NCBI GenBank assembly: GCA_965223205.1
Contig: CBDCWB010000021.1
Coordinates: 377-64,376 of the forward strand
Reading direction: 5' to 3'
DNA: 64,000 nt
Source: Candidatus Eiseniibacteriota bacterium
Lineage (GTDB): Bacteria; Eisenbacteria; RBG-16-71-46; CAVPCR01; CBDCWB01
The position numbers and the translations under genes are program-made. Position 1 is the first letter of the stretch. Each line of letters begins with the position of its first letter. The notes beneath the pieces were generated by a model that was not told where the DNA came from, did not search any database, and saw only the letters and a list, made by a program, of their open reading frames with translations. This document shows, one piece after another, positions 31,495 through 41,900 of the stretch.

Positions 31495-31704
31495 ATGGCA
31501 CCGACCAACAACGCCGAGCAGAAGCTCCTCGAGAAGATCAAGCGCCTCCCGCCCGACAAGGCCGCCGAGGTCGCGGACTTCGTCGACTTCCTAGCCCAGC
31601 GCGAGAGCGACCGCGAGCTCGCCCGCGCCGCCACACGGCTCTCCGAGGATGCCTTCGCCAAGGCCTGGGACAACGACGACGATGCCGACTACGACCGCCT
31701 ATGA
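31495..31704 (+). CDS. DUF2281-like antitoxin
   Basis: LLEKIKRLPPDKAAEVADFVDFL, AWDNDDDADYDRL. Confidence 0.75.
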   Translation: MAPTNNAEQKLLEKIKRLPPDKAAEVADFVDFLAQRESDRELARAATRLSEDAFAKAWDNDDDADYDRL

Positions 31705-31750
31705 GTTCGGCGATGTCGTCCTCGTCCCGTTCCCCTTCACCGACAAGGGC
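31682..31750 (+). pseudogene. PemK/MazF toxin N-terminal stub
   Basis: YEFGDVVLVPFPFTD, then truncated. Confidence 0.7.
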
Positions 31751-31774
31751 ATTGAGGGACGTCCCCTCAGGACA

Positions 31775-32182
31775 TCACCGCTCCAAGATGTAGCGATCGT
31801 TCCTCGCCTCCCCCTCGTAATAGGCCAGCCGACCCGGTACGCACGACACGATGGTTCCGGGATGATAGCCAACCACCTCTCTTAACACCTGCCCCAAACG
31901 CCCGTTCATCTGGTCTATCTCCGCCCAAGCGGAAATCACGTAACAATCTACACCAGCCCCTTTGTCAAGGAGCACGCTTAGTATCAGCTCCACCCGTTGC
32001 TGGGAAGGCTCGATCTTCTTCGAGAAGCGGGGATCGAAGTCCGAAAAGTGGGGCAGCTGAGACAGGAACTTTGCTCTCCCTTTCTGGCTCTGCAAGAGTC
32101 CGCGCACGCGCTGCCGCTTCAGCGGACAAACAAAAGCCATCGCGAACGCTTCTTCCTCCACTGGTAGAGAGTTCTTCTCCAC
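31775..32182 (-). CDS. Putative immunity protein
   Basis: Starts directly after the toxin-frame stop; CYVIS...GTIVSCVPGRLAYYEGE. Confidence 0.65.
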   Translation of the reverse strand: MEKNSLPVEEEAFAMAFVCPLKRQRVRGLLQSQKGRAKFLSQLPHFSDFDPRFSKKIEPSQQRVELILSVLLDKGAGVDCYVISAWAEIDQMNGRLGQVLREVVGYHPGTIVSCVPGRLAYYEGEARNDRYILER

Positions 32183-32492
32183 CTACTCCTCTCCCTCCCA
32201 CGCATGGAACTTGCCGAAGGCACCCTCTTCACCAGGCTGTAGCTTCCCAGCGATCTCGAGGAGATAGTCGTCAATGCCAAACCTGTGGGGCTTGCCCCTT
32301 TGCCGTCTCGGCCTGTGCAGCGTCTTGAGCCCTCTTCCTGGTTGGATGCTTGACGGTCGGTGAGACAGGCTTGCCACTCCCACCTATCTTTTGGCCGGGC
32401 TTGACCTTGCCTCCCCCCTTTGCTGCATCAGCGCCCTCGTGGGTATCTCCCTCGGGCGCCGCAGCGTCACCGCCGCTCTCCAGCAAGCTTAG
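32183..32492 (-). pseudogene. Rhs linker plus toxin remnant, cut by IS1380
   Basis: SLLESGGDAAAPEGDTHEGADAAKGG...GSGKP...KHPTRKRA, with a frame break near 32270-32300. Confidence 0.75.
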
Positions 32493-32955
32493 CCCAGATC
32501 CACGGGTAACGGCATGACTCACGCGGTGCCGGTCAATATATAGGCACGAAAAAGTGCTCCAGTCCTGGTAAAAAGGAGGTAGTAACAACCCTTCTCGCCA
32601 AAGCCAGGAGCACTTGTAAGGTGAAACTCCCGCATCAGCTTCGAAGAGTCAAGTACTTTGCAGCCCCCGACTCGGTCACATCGTTCGCCGGCCTTAAGCT
32701 CATCACCGACCTCGCTCACAAGCTGGGAATCATCCGTGGGCTCGACACGCTGGCAGTCAAGAAGCGCCGCCGCGGGATACCCGTTGCGGACTTTGTCATG
32801 AGCCTGGTCCACAACTTTGTCGTCGGTGGACAACACCTGACCGACTTGCAGGTCCTGCGAGACGAGAAGGCGACGCGCGAGCATCTCTACGAGCTCGAGG
32901 TCCCGGCCCCGACCACCGCAGGAGAGACGCTGCGCAAGTTCACGATCGGCCACAT
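32493..32955 (+). mobile_element. IS1380-family 5' fragment, interrupted by IS21
   Basis: Near-identical inverted copy of ~19985-20447. Confidence 0.88.
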
Positions 32956-34650
32956 TGCGTATTCCACGGCAAGCCGGACAGTGATTCCAGACGAAGCCGG
33001 ACACTGATTCCATGGCATGGCGGACAGCGATTCCACGCGAAGGCGGACACCGATTCCACGGCAAGCCGGACACCCTAGTTCGGCGTAAGTGACCGAGTCG
33101 CCGCAGGATAACCCGCTGATACCCTGCCTGGCTCCATTGGAGCGAAAGGAGGCCAGGGTGCCGGCAGTGAGGTTGTCCATGCGGAAAGTCAGAGAGGTGT
33201 TGCGGTTGTCGTGGGAGCGCAAGCTCTCAGCGCGTCAGGTGGCCAGGAGCGCTGGCCTAGGCCGCTCGACGGTCTCGGATTACCTGAGGCGCGCCAAGGT
33301 GGCGGGGTTGAGCTGGCCTTTGCCAGAGGGACTCGACGACGCCTCGCTCGAGCAGCAGTTGTTTCCTCCCCCCTGCCGCGCCGACTCGGTCAGTCGCCCA
33401 ACTCCCGACTGGGCCACAATCCACCAGGAGCTCAAGCACAAAGGCGTCACGCTGGGGTTGCTGTGGGAGGAGTACAAGGCCACTTGCCCCGAAGAAGGCT
33501 TCCAGTACAGCTGGTTTTGCAGGAGCTACCGGGACTGGGCAGGGCTGTTGGATCTCAGCATGCGCCAACACCACAGGGCCGGCGAGAAGCTGTTCGTTGA
33601 CTACGCCGGGCAGACCGCCGGGATCGTCAACCCCGCAACGGGGGAAGTGCTCGATGCTCAGATCTTCGTGGCGGTGCTCGGTGCCTCAAGCTACACCTAC
33701 GCCGAGGCTACCTGGACGCAATCGCTCCCCGATTGGATCAGCTCGCACATCCGCGCCCTGGAGTTCTTTGGCGGCGCCACCGAGATCCTGGTGCCCGACA
33801 ATCTGAAGTCGGCGGTGATCAAACCCCACCTCTATGAGCCCGAGCTCAACCCCACCTACCAGGAGATGGCATCGCACTACGGCACTGCGATAATCCCAGC
33901 TCGAGTGCGCCGCGCAAAAGACAAAGCCAAAGCGGAGGCCGGCGTGCAACTGGTCGAGCGTTGGATCCTGGCGTGCCTGAGGAAGCAGACCTTCTTTTCT
34001 CTCCCGGAGCTCAACAAAGCGATCGCCAAGCTCCTCGAGCGACTCAACAGCAAACCCTTCCAGAAAATGCCGGGCTCGCGCCGGAGCCTGTTCGAATCGC
34101 TCGATCGCCCTGCGCTCCGCCAACTACCGGCCACACCCTACGAACTCGCTGAGTGGAAGAAGGTCGCCGTCTACCTCGACTACCACGTTGAGTTCGATCA
34201 CCACTACTACTCGGTGCCCTATCAACTCTACAAGCGCAAACGCAAGGTGGAGGTGCGCGCTACTGCCACGGTGATCGAGGTCTTCTACAAGGGCAAACGC
34301 GTCGCCTCCCACCGGAGGTCCTTCCAGCGTGGCAGGCACACCACGTTGCGCGAGCACATGCCACCCTCGCATCGCCTTTATGCCGACTGGACACCGGAGA
34401 GATTCGTTCGATGGGCCGGGAAGATCGGCCCCCAAACCACAGCGTTCATCGAGCACGTCCTCACCTCGCGCGCTCACCCTCAGCAGGGGTTTCGTTCGTG
34501 CCTGGGCATTCTCAAGCTGGCCAAGACCTACAGTGACGAGCGTTTAGAAGCAGCCTGCGGTCGCGCCACTCAAATCGGCGCTAGTTCCTACAAGAGCGTC
34601 GCGTCGATTCTCAAAAGAGGCCTCGACTCACAGCCGCTGGGTGAGCCGTC
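32956..34650 (+). mobile_element. istA: IS21/IS408-like left end plus istA, 3'-truncated
   Basis: TGCGTATTCC plus five ~22 bp ATTCCA..CGGACA repeats; LFVDYAG, VPDNLKS, KDKAKAE, HYYSVPY. Confidence 0.9.
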
Positions 34651-34977
34651 GACCACCCCGATCCGTATAGGTGAGCGTCGTTTGTGGATTGCCAAGGCCC
34701 CCTTGATCCGCGAAAAGGAGTTCTTTGAGGCGGTCGTCATCGAAATAGTCAAGCTCGAGAATCTGGTCGAGGTCTAACCCTTGCTCACCGCCTGGACCAC
34801 GCCCCTGTTGCGGGCAAGATCCAGCCCGCTACCCACAAATTCTCCTGAAGACCCGGCTCTATACTACTTCAAACAACTTGATCATCAGAATCCCGGGGCT
34901 GAGCGTGTTCATGCTGATGCGAGATGATAGGAGTGCAACGTAACACCGTAAAGCTCGAAACGCAAATTCGAACCTCT

Positions 34978-35406
34978 TTACATGGCAGCAAAAATCGAGT
35001 TGGGATCCCCGATCTTGCGCAGCGCGATTCGTTCACACAACGCGACCAAGTGGCATCCATAGGAAGGGACTATCTCCACCAACCTGAAATCCTCCCGCAC
35101 CACTCGATCGACGACGCCATCTATCACCCGATTGGCAGGACGATCGTAAAGATCCGCAACATACTCACGGGGAATTTGAATTCCAACACGAATCGTCAAA
35201 TCCAGAATCAGATTTCCGGCCCGAAAGTCGCTCGCAAGTAGACGTTCCACCCCTTCGAGAGCAATCCTGTAGACATCTCCTGCTCCATCCGATAAGAAAA
35301 GCAAAACACCCTGGTCTCGCCATACGTGAATCCCAAGCACGCTCCCATCGTGGAAATTCGGGGTGTTCACGAGGCCAGCGTCGAAACCGAAGTGTGAACC
35401 AATCAT
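34978..35406 (-). CDS. Putative immunity protein (FHD motif, Imm50-like)
   Basis: ATGA overlap with the toxin stop; NFHDGSVLGIHV. Confidence 0.65.
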   Translation of the reverse strand: MIGSHFGFDAGLVNTPNFHDGSVLGIHVWRDQGVLLFLSDGAGDVYRIALEGVERLLASDFRAGNLILDLTIRVGIQIPREYVADLYDRPANRVIDGVVDRVVREDFRLVEIVPSYGCHLVALCERIALRKIGDPNSIFAAM

Positions 35407-35876
35407 TGAGGATCCCCCGGCTTAAGAGGTCGCCATGGGCCCCTGTCCTTGTTGGTTGGAGGAGTTCCATCCTCTGGACGCCCCCAATCATGCGCGTGGC
35501 CATCAGGAATGCCGTGGTGCGGAGGATCGACATCAACCTCTGGAAAGCCGTCATCGCCATATCGCCGCTGACCGGGCTTTCCATCGGGTCGGGTCGCACT
35601 CGATGTTGATCCCGGCTCTCCCCGAAGAGGGTTCGACTTGCTTCCCCCCTTTGCTGCAAGGAGGGAGCCGGACGCGAGTTGGTCGTACGTCGGCTCGCAT
35701 CCCAGGTGCAGTTCGAGGGTTAGCGAGCGCTCGACCCCGACGCTGGCCTGGTCGGCGAGGTCGAAAGCCCAGACGCGAGTTTCGGCACCCACGGCCGTGC
35801 TCGCCGACGCGATCCCCGGGACGAGCAGGCTCGCCAGGAGGCAGAGGATCGCGAGGAGGGGCCAGCGGCTTCGCAT
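35403..35876 (-). CDS. Mini-carrier polymorphic toxin 1 (signal peptide, conserved leader, His/Asp-rich toxin)
   Basis: MRSRWPLLAILCLLASLLVPGIASA-ST...SGSLLAAKGG, then QRRYGDDGFPEVDVD..HHG...HAHDW. Confidence 0.75.
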   Translation of the reverse strand: MRSRWPLLAILCLLASLLVPGIASASTAVGAETRVWAFDLADQASVGVERSLTLELHLGCEPTYDQLASGSLLAAKGGSKSNPLRGEPGSTSSATRPDGKPGQRRYGDDGFPEVDVDPPHHGIPDGHAHDWGRPEDGTPPTNKDRGPWRPLKPGDPQ

Positions 35877-36111
35877 GGCCCCAGTCTCTCTCATCGACGC
35901 GCCGGCGCCAAGCTCGTGGCTCCCCGGAGGGTGGTGGCCCGCGGTCTCCGTGCTCGCGCTGCGGCCGCCTGCGGTGGCCTCCGCTTGCTGCGCGCGGAGC
36001 TACCGGTCACCACGCACGGCACGAGGACGGCTAAGCCCGGCTTGCGTCACCGCTGATCGCCGCGCCATGAGCCGACAGGACGGCACGCGGGAAGCAGGGT
36101 GGCCCGATCAA

Positions 36112-36399
36112 TCAGTAGACGGCCTTCTCCCCGATGTTCCGGAGAATGGCCGAGAGCCACACGAGCGCGTATCCGATCGGTGGACTCTCCTCCTTCAGAA
36201 TGTCGCTCAGCTCATCCCAATCGTCGCTCAGCTGGCCCATCGTTAACGCCTTCGGATCCTTGTAGGGATCGTAGACCTCATCCTTCTCAATCGACCAGTA
36301 GTAGTCCTCCGAGATCTCGAAGTCGCTCCGCCCCGTCTCCTCAAGATACGTGAAGAGTCGGTCCGCAATGGCCCTCAGCTCTGCGACCTTCACGTTCAC
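36112..36399 (-). CDS. Putative immunity protein
   Basis: Start overlaps the toxin stop; acidic; EDYYWSI...GQLSDDWDEL. Confidence 0.7.
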   Translation of the reverse strand: MNVKVAELRAIADRLFTYLEETGRSDFEISEDYYWSIEKDEVYDPYKDPKALTMGQLSDDWDELSDILKEESPPIGYALVWLSAILRNIGEKAVY

Positions 36400-36845
36400 T
36401 ATCCGCCTCCACCCTGGTTGATCTGATTGCGGAAGTTCCCGATCTGTCTCTCCAGCTTCTGAATGCGGCTCTCAATGATCTTCTGCCTACGTTCTGGACT
36501 CGCGCCCTTGAGAAACCCCTTGTTGTCAAACTTGTCTGGGTTGGCCTTGTAGTCCTCTAGCTTCTTCAAATGCTTGTCGAGCTGCTTCTGAAGCCCCTTC
36601 GTCGCCTTCGCTCCCCCCTTTGCGGCAAGGGGGGAGCCGGACGCAAAGTTGTACTCCTCAAGCTCGTAGCTCGGGTGCAGTTCGAGGGTTAGAGCGTGCT
36701 GACCCGCGACGTGGACATGGTCCTGGAGCCCGAAAGCCCAGACGCGGTTTTCGCCGCTACTGACCGCACTCGCCGACGCAATCCCCAGCACGAGTAAGCT
36801 CGCCAGGGCGCACAGGATTGAGAGAAGGGGCCCGCGGCTTGGCAT
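36399..36845 (-). CDS. Mini-carrier polymorphic toxin 2 (basic all-helical toxin)
   Basis: MPSRGPLLSILCALASLLVLGIASA...SGSPLAAKGG, then HLKKLEDYKANPDKFDNKGFL...RIQKLERQI. Confidence 0.75.
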   Translation of the reverse strand: MPSRGPLLSILCALASLLVLGIASASAVSSGENRVWAFGLQDHVHVAGQHALTLELHPSYELEEYNFASGSPLAAKGGAKATKGLQKQLDKHLKKLEDYKANPDKFDNKGFLKGASPERRQKIIESRIQKLERQIGNFRNQINQGGGG

Positions 36846-36849
36846 GCTC

Positions 36850-37194
36850 TTATTCATCGACCGGAACGCGCCTGGTGACGAGCGTCTCACACTTCAAAGA
36901 AAGCACTCCGTTCTCAAGATCCTCGAGACCAAACCGAACTCGGTCGTGCTGAAGATCACTGACATCTCTGGCGCGCAAGCACAGTAGCTGCGAGATCCCA
37001 CCTCCTAGCGACTGCACGTTCCACTCGGAGACCCCGCCGGCCTCGGCTAGTATTCGAGCTGCGGGAAATCGATCGTCATCGACCAACTCGAGGACGAGCG
37101 AACACCGCCCCGTCGGTAGTTCCGTCGTGAACTCAATTCGCCTGACGATCGTCGCGATGGCAAGGTCTGCGTTGATTGAAGTGGATGTGCTCAT
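36850..37194 (-). CDS. Putative immunity protein (beta-rich)
   Basis: ATGA overlap with the toxin stop at 37191. Confidence 0.65.
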   Translation of the reverse strand: MSTSTSINADLAIATIVRRIEFTTELPTGRCSLVLELVDDDRFPAARILAEAGGVSEWNVQSLGGGISQLLCLRARDVSDLQHDRVRFGLEDLENGVLSLKCETLVTRRVPVDE

Positions 37195-38530
37195 TGCCCA
37201 CCCCCGGTACCCGGCCCGGCCCCTGGATGATAGGTTTCCTTGCCCTTGGGTCCGTAGCCAGGGCCAAACTCCCTTGTGTGGTGGTGAGGGTTCGTGTGGG
37301 TCGATGGGTCTGGCAGGTCGGTGAAGTCCGTTCTCTCCACCTGTCGTCCGTAGTCGTCGTACTGCGCCCGCCACGGCTGAACCTGTCCTACATCGTCCAC
37401 GTACTGGCCGTCAAGCTGTCGTACTCCTGGAGTCACTTGATCAGGTGCCTTCGCGCCGAGCCCACGTCCCCCCCTTGCTACATCAGCACCTTCGTGCGTA
37501 TCCCCCTCCGGGGTTGCAGCGTCACCATCGCTCTCCAGCAAGCTTAGCCCAGATCCACGGGTAAGATCATTGATCAGCTCCCCAGCTTGCGGTAACACGA
37601 TCGCCGTCGCGAGCGCAGCGGCGCCGGCAAGAACGACCGGGTGAAGGGTGGCCAGGAAGAGGACCAAGCAGCGGCGCAGCAAGGGCGAGGGACTCGCCCG
37701 TTGGGTCACTCCAATCGAGAGGGTTGTTGCGAGCGTACGCGTACGGATGAAGTTGCAGCGGATCCGCGAGCAGCTTCTCCTCCGGTGCCATCAGTAGGAT
37801 AGGATCCAAGCCACCAAAGCGTCCGTACCTGGCGATGTTGAAACGAGCGCCTTGACGCGTGAACCCGCCAAGCTCCTGCTCGCCCTTGTGATGCCGAAAC
37901 GGCTGATCGTACCCACTCGACTCGAATCGGCGCGGCTCCCCGAACGGAAAGTAGTCAATCCGCTGCATCACGCTGCCGTCAGCATTGGTTACCGCACGGA
38001 CGCTCCCCTGCTCATCGACGTGACAATGTTGGATTAAGCCCCCATCGTCCACCGTGCCGAACAACCGACCATACGCGTACAGATACCGCTGCTTCTCAGT
38101 ACCGTCGTTTTCGAAGAGACCAAGGAGCTTCCCACCCCGGCGCAGCGCGATCGTTGCATCGATCACATCATCCACGGCGCTGTTCGTTCGCAGCTCCAAG
38201 CACGGTTCGCCCTCACCGTCCAGAAAGCTCTCTTTCGCAATCAAGTTGTCGCTCGTGGCCAGCGACTGACGCACCACGCGATTGTCATGCGAGTACCAGA
38301 AGTAGTGTGACCGGATGCCACGCGATCCTACATGCTCGTTGATCGCGATCACATTGCCGTTGCCGTCGTGAGCAAACCCGACCGAAGCCTCCGACGCCAA
38401 GTGATCCACCTTCGTCAACCGACTCGTCCCGGCCTCATGCAGGTAGCTGAAGTGATTCCCGTAGGGGCGCTCCACGCCGATACGAGTTCCCGTGTCATCG
38501 TACTCGAACGTCATGCTCGCGTCTGCATCA
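37191..38530 (-). pseudogene. Orphan Rhs core plus toxin (Ntox24-like), frameshift near 37650
   Basis: NNPLDWSDPTGE; CT QYDDYGRQVERTDF...HTNPHHH. Confidence 0.8.
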
Positions 38531-38641
38531 AATCCAGAGGATTGTTGCGCGCATACGCGTAAGGATGGAGCCGCAGCGGATCCGCGAGCAGTTTCTTCTC
38601 CGGACTGCAACGAGATCACATCCTGGGACTGCAACGCAACA

Positions 38642-38932
38642 TCAGTCCCGCTCCTGAGGCAGATCATCCCCCAGATCCCAGCCGAACTCGTCTCTGAAGT
38701 CGACAAAGCACTCGGCACAGACCCAATGATAGCCGTCTTCGGTCGAGTACCCGCTCTTGCGATCGCCCTCCTGGCATGAGAACTTTGCTCCGCAGAACTC
38801 GCAGTGATCGTGTTCCCATCCTGGCCGATACGGACGATAGGCTCGTGAAACCAGCTTGACGCCGCTCAGATACCGTTCCTGCCCTTGGCGGCGCCAGTCA
38901 TCCGGTGCCGGCCTCTTCACCTGGCCAGTCAC
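38642..38932 (-). CDS. Putative zinc-binding immunity protein
   Basis: GTGA overlap with the Rhs stop; WEHDHCEFC...WVCAECF. Confidence 0.7.
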   Translation of the reverse strand: MTGQVKRPAPDDWRRQGQERYLSGVKLVSRAYRPYRPGWEHDHCEFCGAKFSCQEGDRKSGYSTEDGYHWVCAECFVDFRDEFGWDLGDDLPQERD

Positions 38933-41900
38933 TTCGGCACCTGACTTCCGTCCGGGAAGATGCGGAACCAATTGCCCGACGGGTCTCGATAGTCCCAGTG
39001 TGGCCCAATCGAGCCTGGGTGATCCAGGTCGGGGCGCAGCGACTCGCCAGTCTTCGGATTGTACCAGTTGCCCTCCTTCGATCCTGGTGTCGACCCCGGC
39101 TTTCCGCGCCATTCGAATCCCTTGGGTGCCTCGGCCGAATTCGTCCCGGGGAACGTCTTCCCTCCTTCCTTTGCTGCATCAGCACCCTTGTGCGCATCCC
39201 CCTCCGGCGTCGCATCACCGCCGCTCTCCAGCAAGCTTAGCATCAAATCACTGATCAACTCCCTAGCTTGAGGCGACACCGTTGCTGCCGCGAGCACGGC
39301 ACCTCCCAACACCGCGGCGGCCGTAAGACCAGCTGGGTTGGCCAGGAAGGGACCAAGCAATGGCGCAACAGCGGCGGCGGGGAACTCCCCGGTCGGATCC
39401 ATCCAATCCAAAGGATTGTTGCGCGCGTAAGCGTACGGATGAAGCCGGAGCGGATCCGCAAGCAGTTTCTTCTCCGGCGCCTCCAGCAGGATCGGATCCA
39501 ATGCTCCAAAGCGCCCGTACCTGGCCATGTTGAAACGAGCACCTTGGCGGGTGAAGCCACCAAGCTCCTGCTCGCCCTTATGGTGACGAAACGGTTGATC
39601 GTAACGGTTGGACTCCAGTCGCCTAGGCTCACCAAACGGGAAGTAGTCAATCCGCTGCATCAGGCTGCCGTCTGCATTGGTTACCGCGCGGACGCTTCCC
39701 TCTCCATCGACGTGGCAGTGCTGGATCAAGCCCCCATCGTCAACCGTGCCGAACAACCGACCATCCGCGTACAGATACCGCTGCTTCTCAGTACCGTCGC
39801 CCTCGAAGAGACCGAGGAGCTTCCCGCCTCGGCGCAGCGCGATCGTTGCATCGACCACATCATCCACGGCGCTGTTCGTTCGCAGCTCCAAGCACGGCTC
39901 GCCCTCACCGTCCAGAAAGCTCTCTTTCGCAATCAAGTTGTCGCTCGTGGCCAGCGACTGACGCACCACGCGGTTGTCGTGCGAGTACCAGAAATAGTGC
40001 GACCGGATGCCACGCGACCCAACGTGCTCGTTGATCGCGATCACGTTGCCGTTGCCATCGTGAGCAAACTCGACCGAAGCCTCCGACGCCAAGTGATCCA
40101 CCTTCGTCAACCGACTCGTCCCGGCCTCATGCAGGTAGCTGAAGTGATTCCCGTAGGGGCGCTCCACGCCGGTACGAGTTCCCGTGTCATCGTACTCGAA
40201 CGCCATGCTGGCGTCTGCATCGAACACCACGCTCTTCAGACGACCCAGTGCGTCCGGGAAATATGTGGTGGTGGCGAGGTTGTCGGTCGTCCGCTGGTGC
40301 ATCGACGCATTCGGATAGTAGGAGAAGCTCTCTGAGAATACCGCGGCGCCGTCGCTGTCAACCTGATGGGTCGCCACCCGACCCCGATCCGTATAGGTGA
40401 GCGTCGTCTGTGGATTGCCAAGGCCCCCTTGATCCGCGAAAAGGAGTTCTTTCAGGCGATCGTCATCGAAGTAGTCAAGCTCGAGAATCTGGTCGAGGTC
40501 CAGTCCTTCTTGGCGAAACACCTTGGAAGCGCGGCCTCGATCGTCGTAGCGGTATTCAAGCGCCAAGCTGCTGCCCGGGTACTCAAGCTCAATCGTCTCG
40601 TCAAGCCAATCTTGCTCAACGTCTACGTCTTGCACGAGATAGTTCGATCCCGCGCCGACACCCTTCCACGTCGCGGTCTTCTCGAAAGTCACGTGCCCGG
40701 ACGTGTCGTACCAAAAGTCCCTAATGAAGTGCGGGCTTCCCGCCCCGCGGGCCTTGCGACTAACCTGAGCAAGGCGACCCTCCGTGTTCGTGCCAACGCC
40801 CGTGTCATAACTGTACGACACGATCGGATCATGATTCAGGGGCGCCTCCGGGTAGCTTGCATCCTCCGGCTGCAGCTGGGCTTGTGTCACACCCGACAAC
40901 ACGCCCCGCTCAACCTCCCGGCCCTGCTCATCGTACTTGTAGTACGTCCACTCGTTCACCGCGGCACTTTGCCGTCTATCCTGGGAGAATCTGAGCTTCC
41001 CCGACAAGTCATAGACGTAGACGATGTCCCATCCAGACCCCAGGCTTGATTGCGTTTGATAGATGACCGATGTCGTTGCCCCATTGGCAGCGCACGAGAC
41101 CGTCGTCAAGACCTCGTGCGCAACCCCGGGCGTCGTCCGCACCATCCCGCCGTGCGAACCTTTGTGATTGAGTCGAACGAGCTCCGCGCCCCCAATTTCG
41201 CGAATGACAAATGTCGGGGTACCGCATGATCCATCCGTAAACTCGAGTGTCGCACTGTATTGTATCGCCTTCATTGATGGCGTGAAGACGGAAGCTTGCG
41301 TCCCCACTCCAGGTTCGTGGCGGATCTCGTGGTGCTCGGAATGCTTGCCTCCCAAGTCGGGAAGATCGAGGCGCAAGAGCCTACCTGCCATGTCGTACTC
41401 GTAGACCGAATCGCGGCCTTCGGCGTCTCTAATGCGAATCAGGTTTCCTCGGTCGTCGTACCTGTAGTAGGTAACCGCTTTCGATCCGTCGTCCTTCACG
41501 TATGCTACGGCGCGGAGCTGTCCAAGAGCGTCGTACTTACGTATCGCCTGATGGCCGAAAGGGTCCGTGGTTGTCTCCGCCTTGAAGTAGCTTGCTCCTT
41601 GAAGGTCACTCGACCAGGGATACGAGAAGCCGTCGCCTGATAAGGACGTGGCGAAATCGCGCGTTACATACTCGATACGCAAGTCAGGGTGTGTGGTCGC
41701 CTCCAAGCGACCGAGCTTGTCATAACGATATTGCGTTACGCGACCTTCCTCATCGGTGCTCTGCCATACCTGATCTAGGATGTTGAATTCAACTTCCTTC
41801 AACGCACCATTTCGTTCCGTCTGAAAGATGCGGTCGATTCCGTCGACGTGATGAGTTGTCTCTTGCTGCGGTTGTTCGGGTCCTACACCCGGGGTGGCGA

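Noticed and set aside
32956-33075. Five ~22 bp tandem repeats resembling a CRISPR or iteron array
   Set aside because: No unique spacers; begins with TGCGTATTCC, precedes istA and mirrors 23530-23621, so these are IS21-type terminal repeats.
34650-34777. C-terminal extension of the 562 aa IstA ORF
   Set aside because: It is antisense Rhs core sequence joined at a deletion junction, not a real fusion domain.
35800-35876. Mini-carriers as lipoproteins (SitA-like) because of the conserved Cys
   Set aside because: The Cys lies early in the hydrophobic stretch without a lipobox; an ASA signal-peptidase I site follows in three of four copies.
39268-40335. Long plus-strand ORFs recurring opposite the Rhs cores (also 62935-63831, 25348-25806)
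   Set aside because: Antisense shadows of the repeated GC-rich Rhs core; recurrence reflects DNA duplication.
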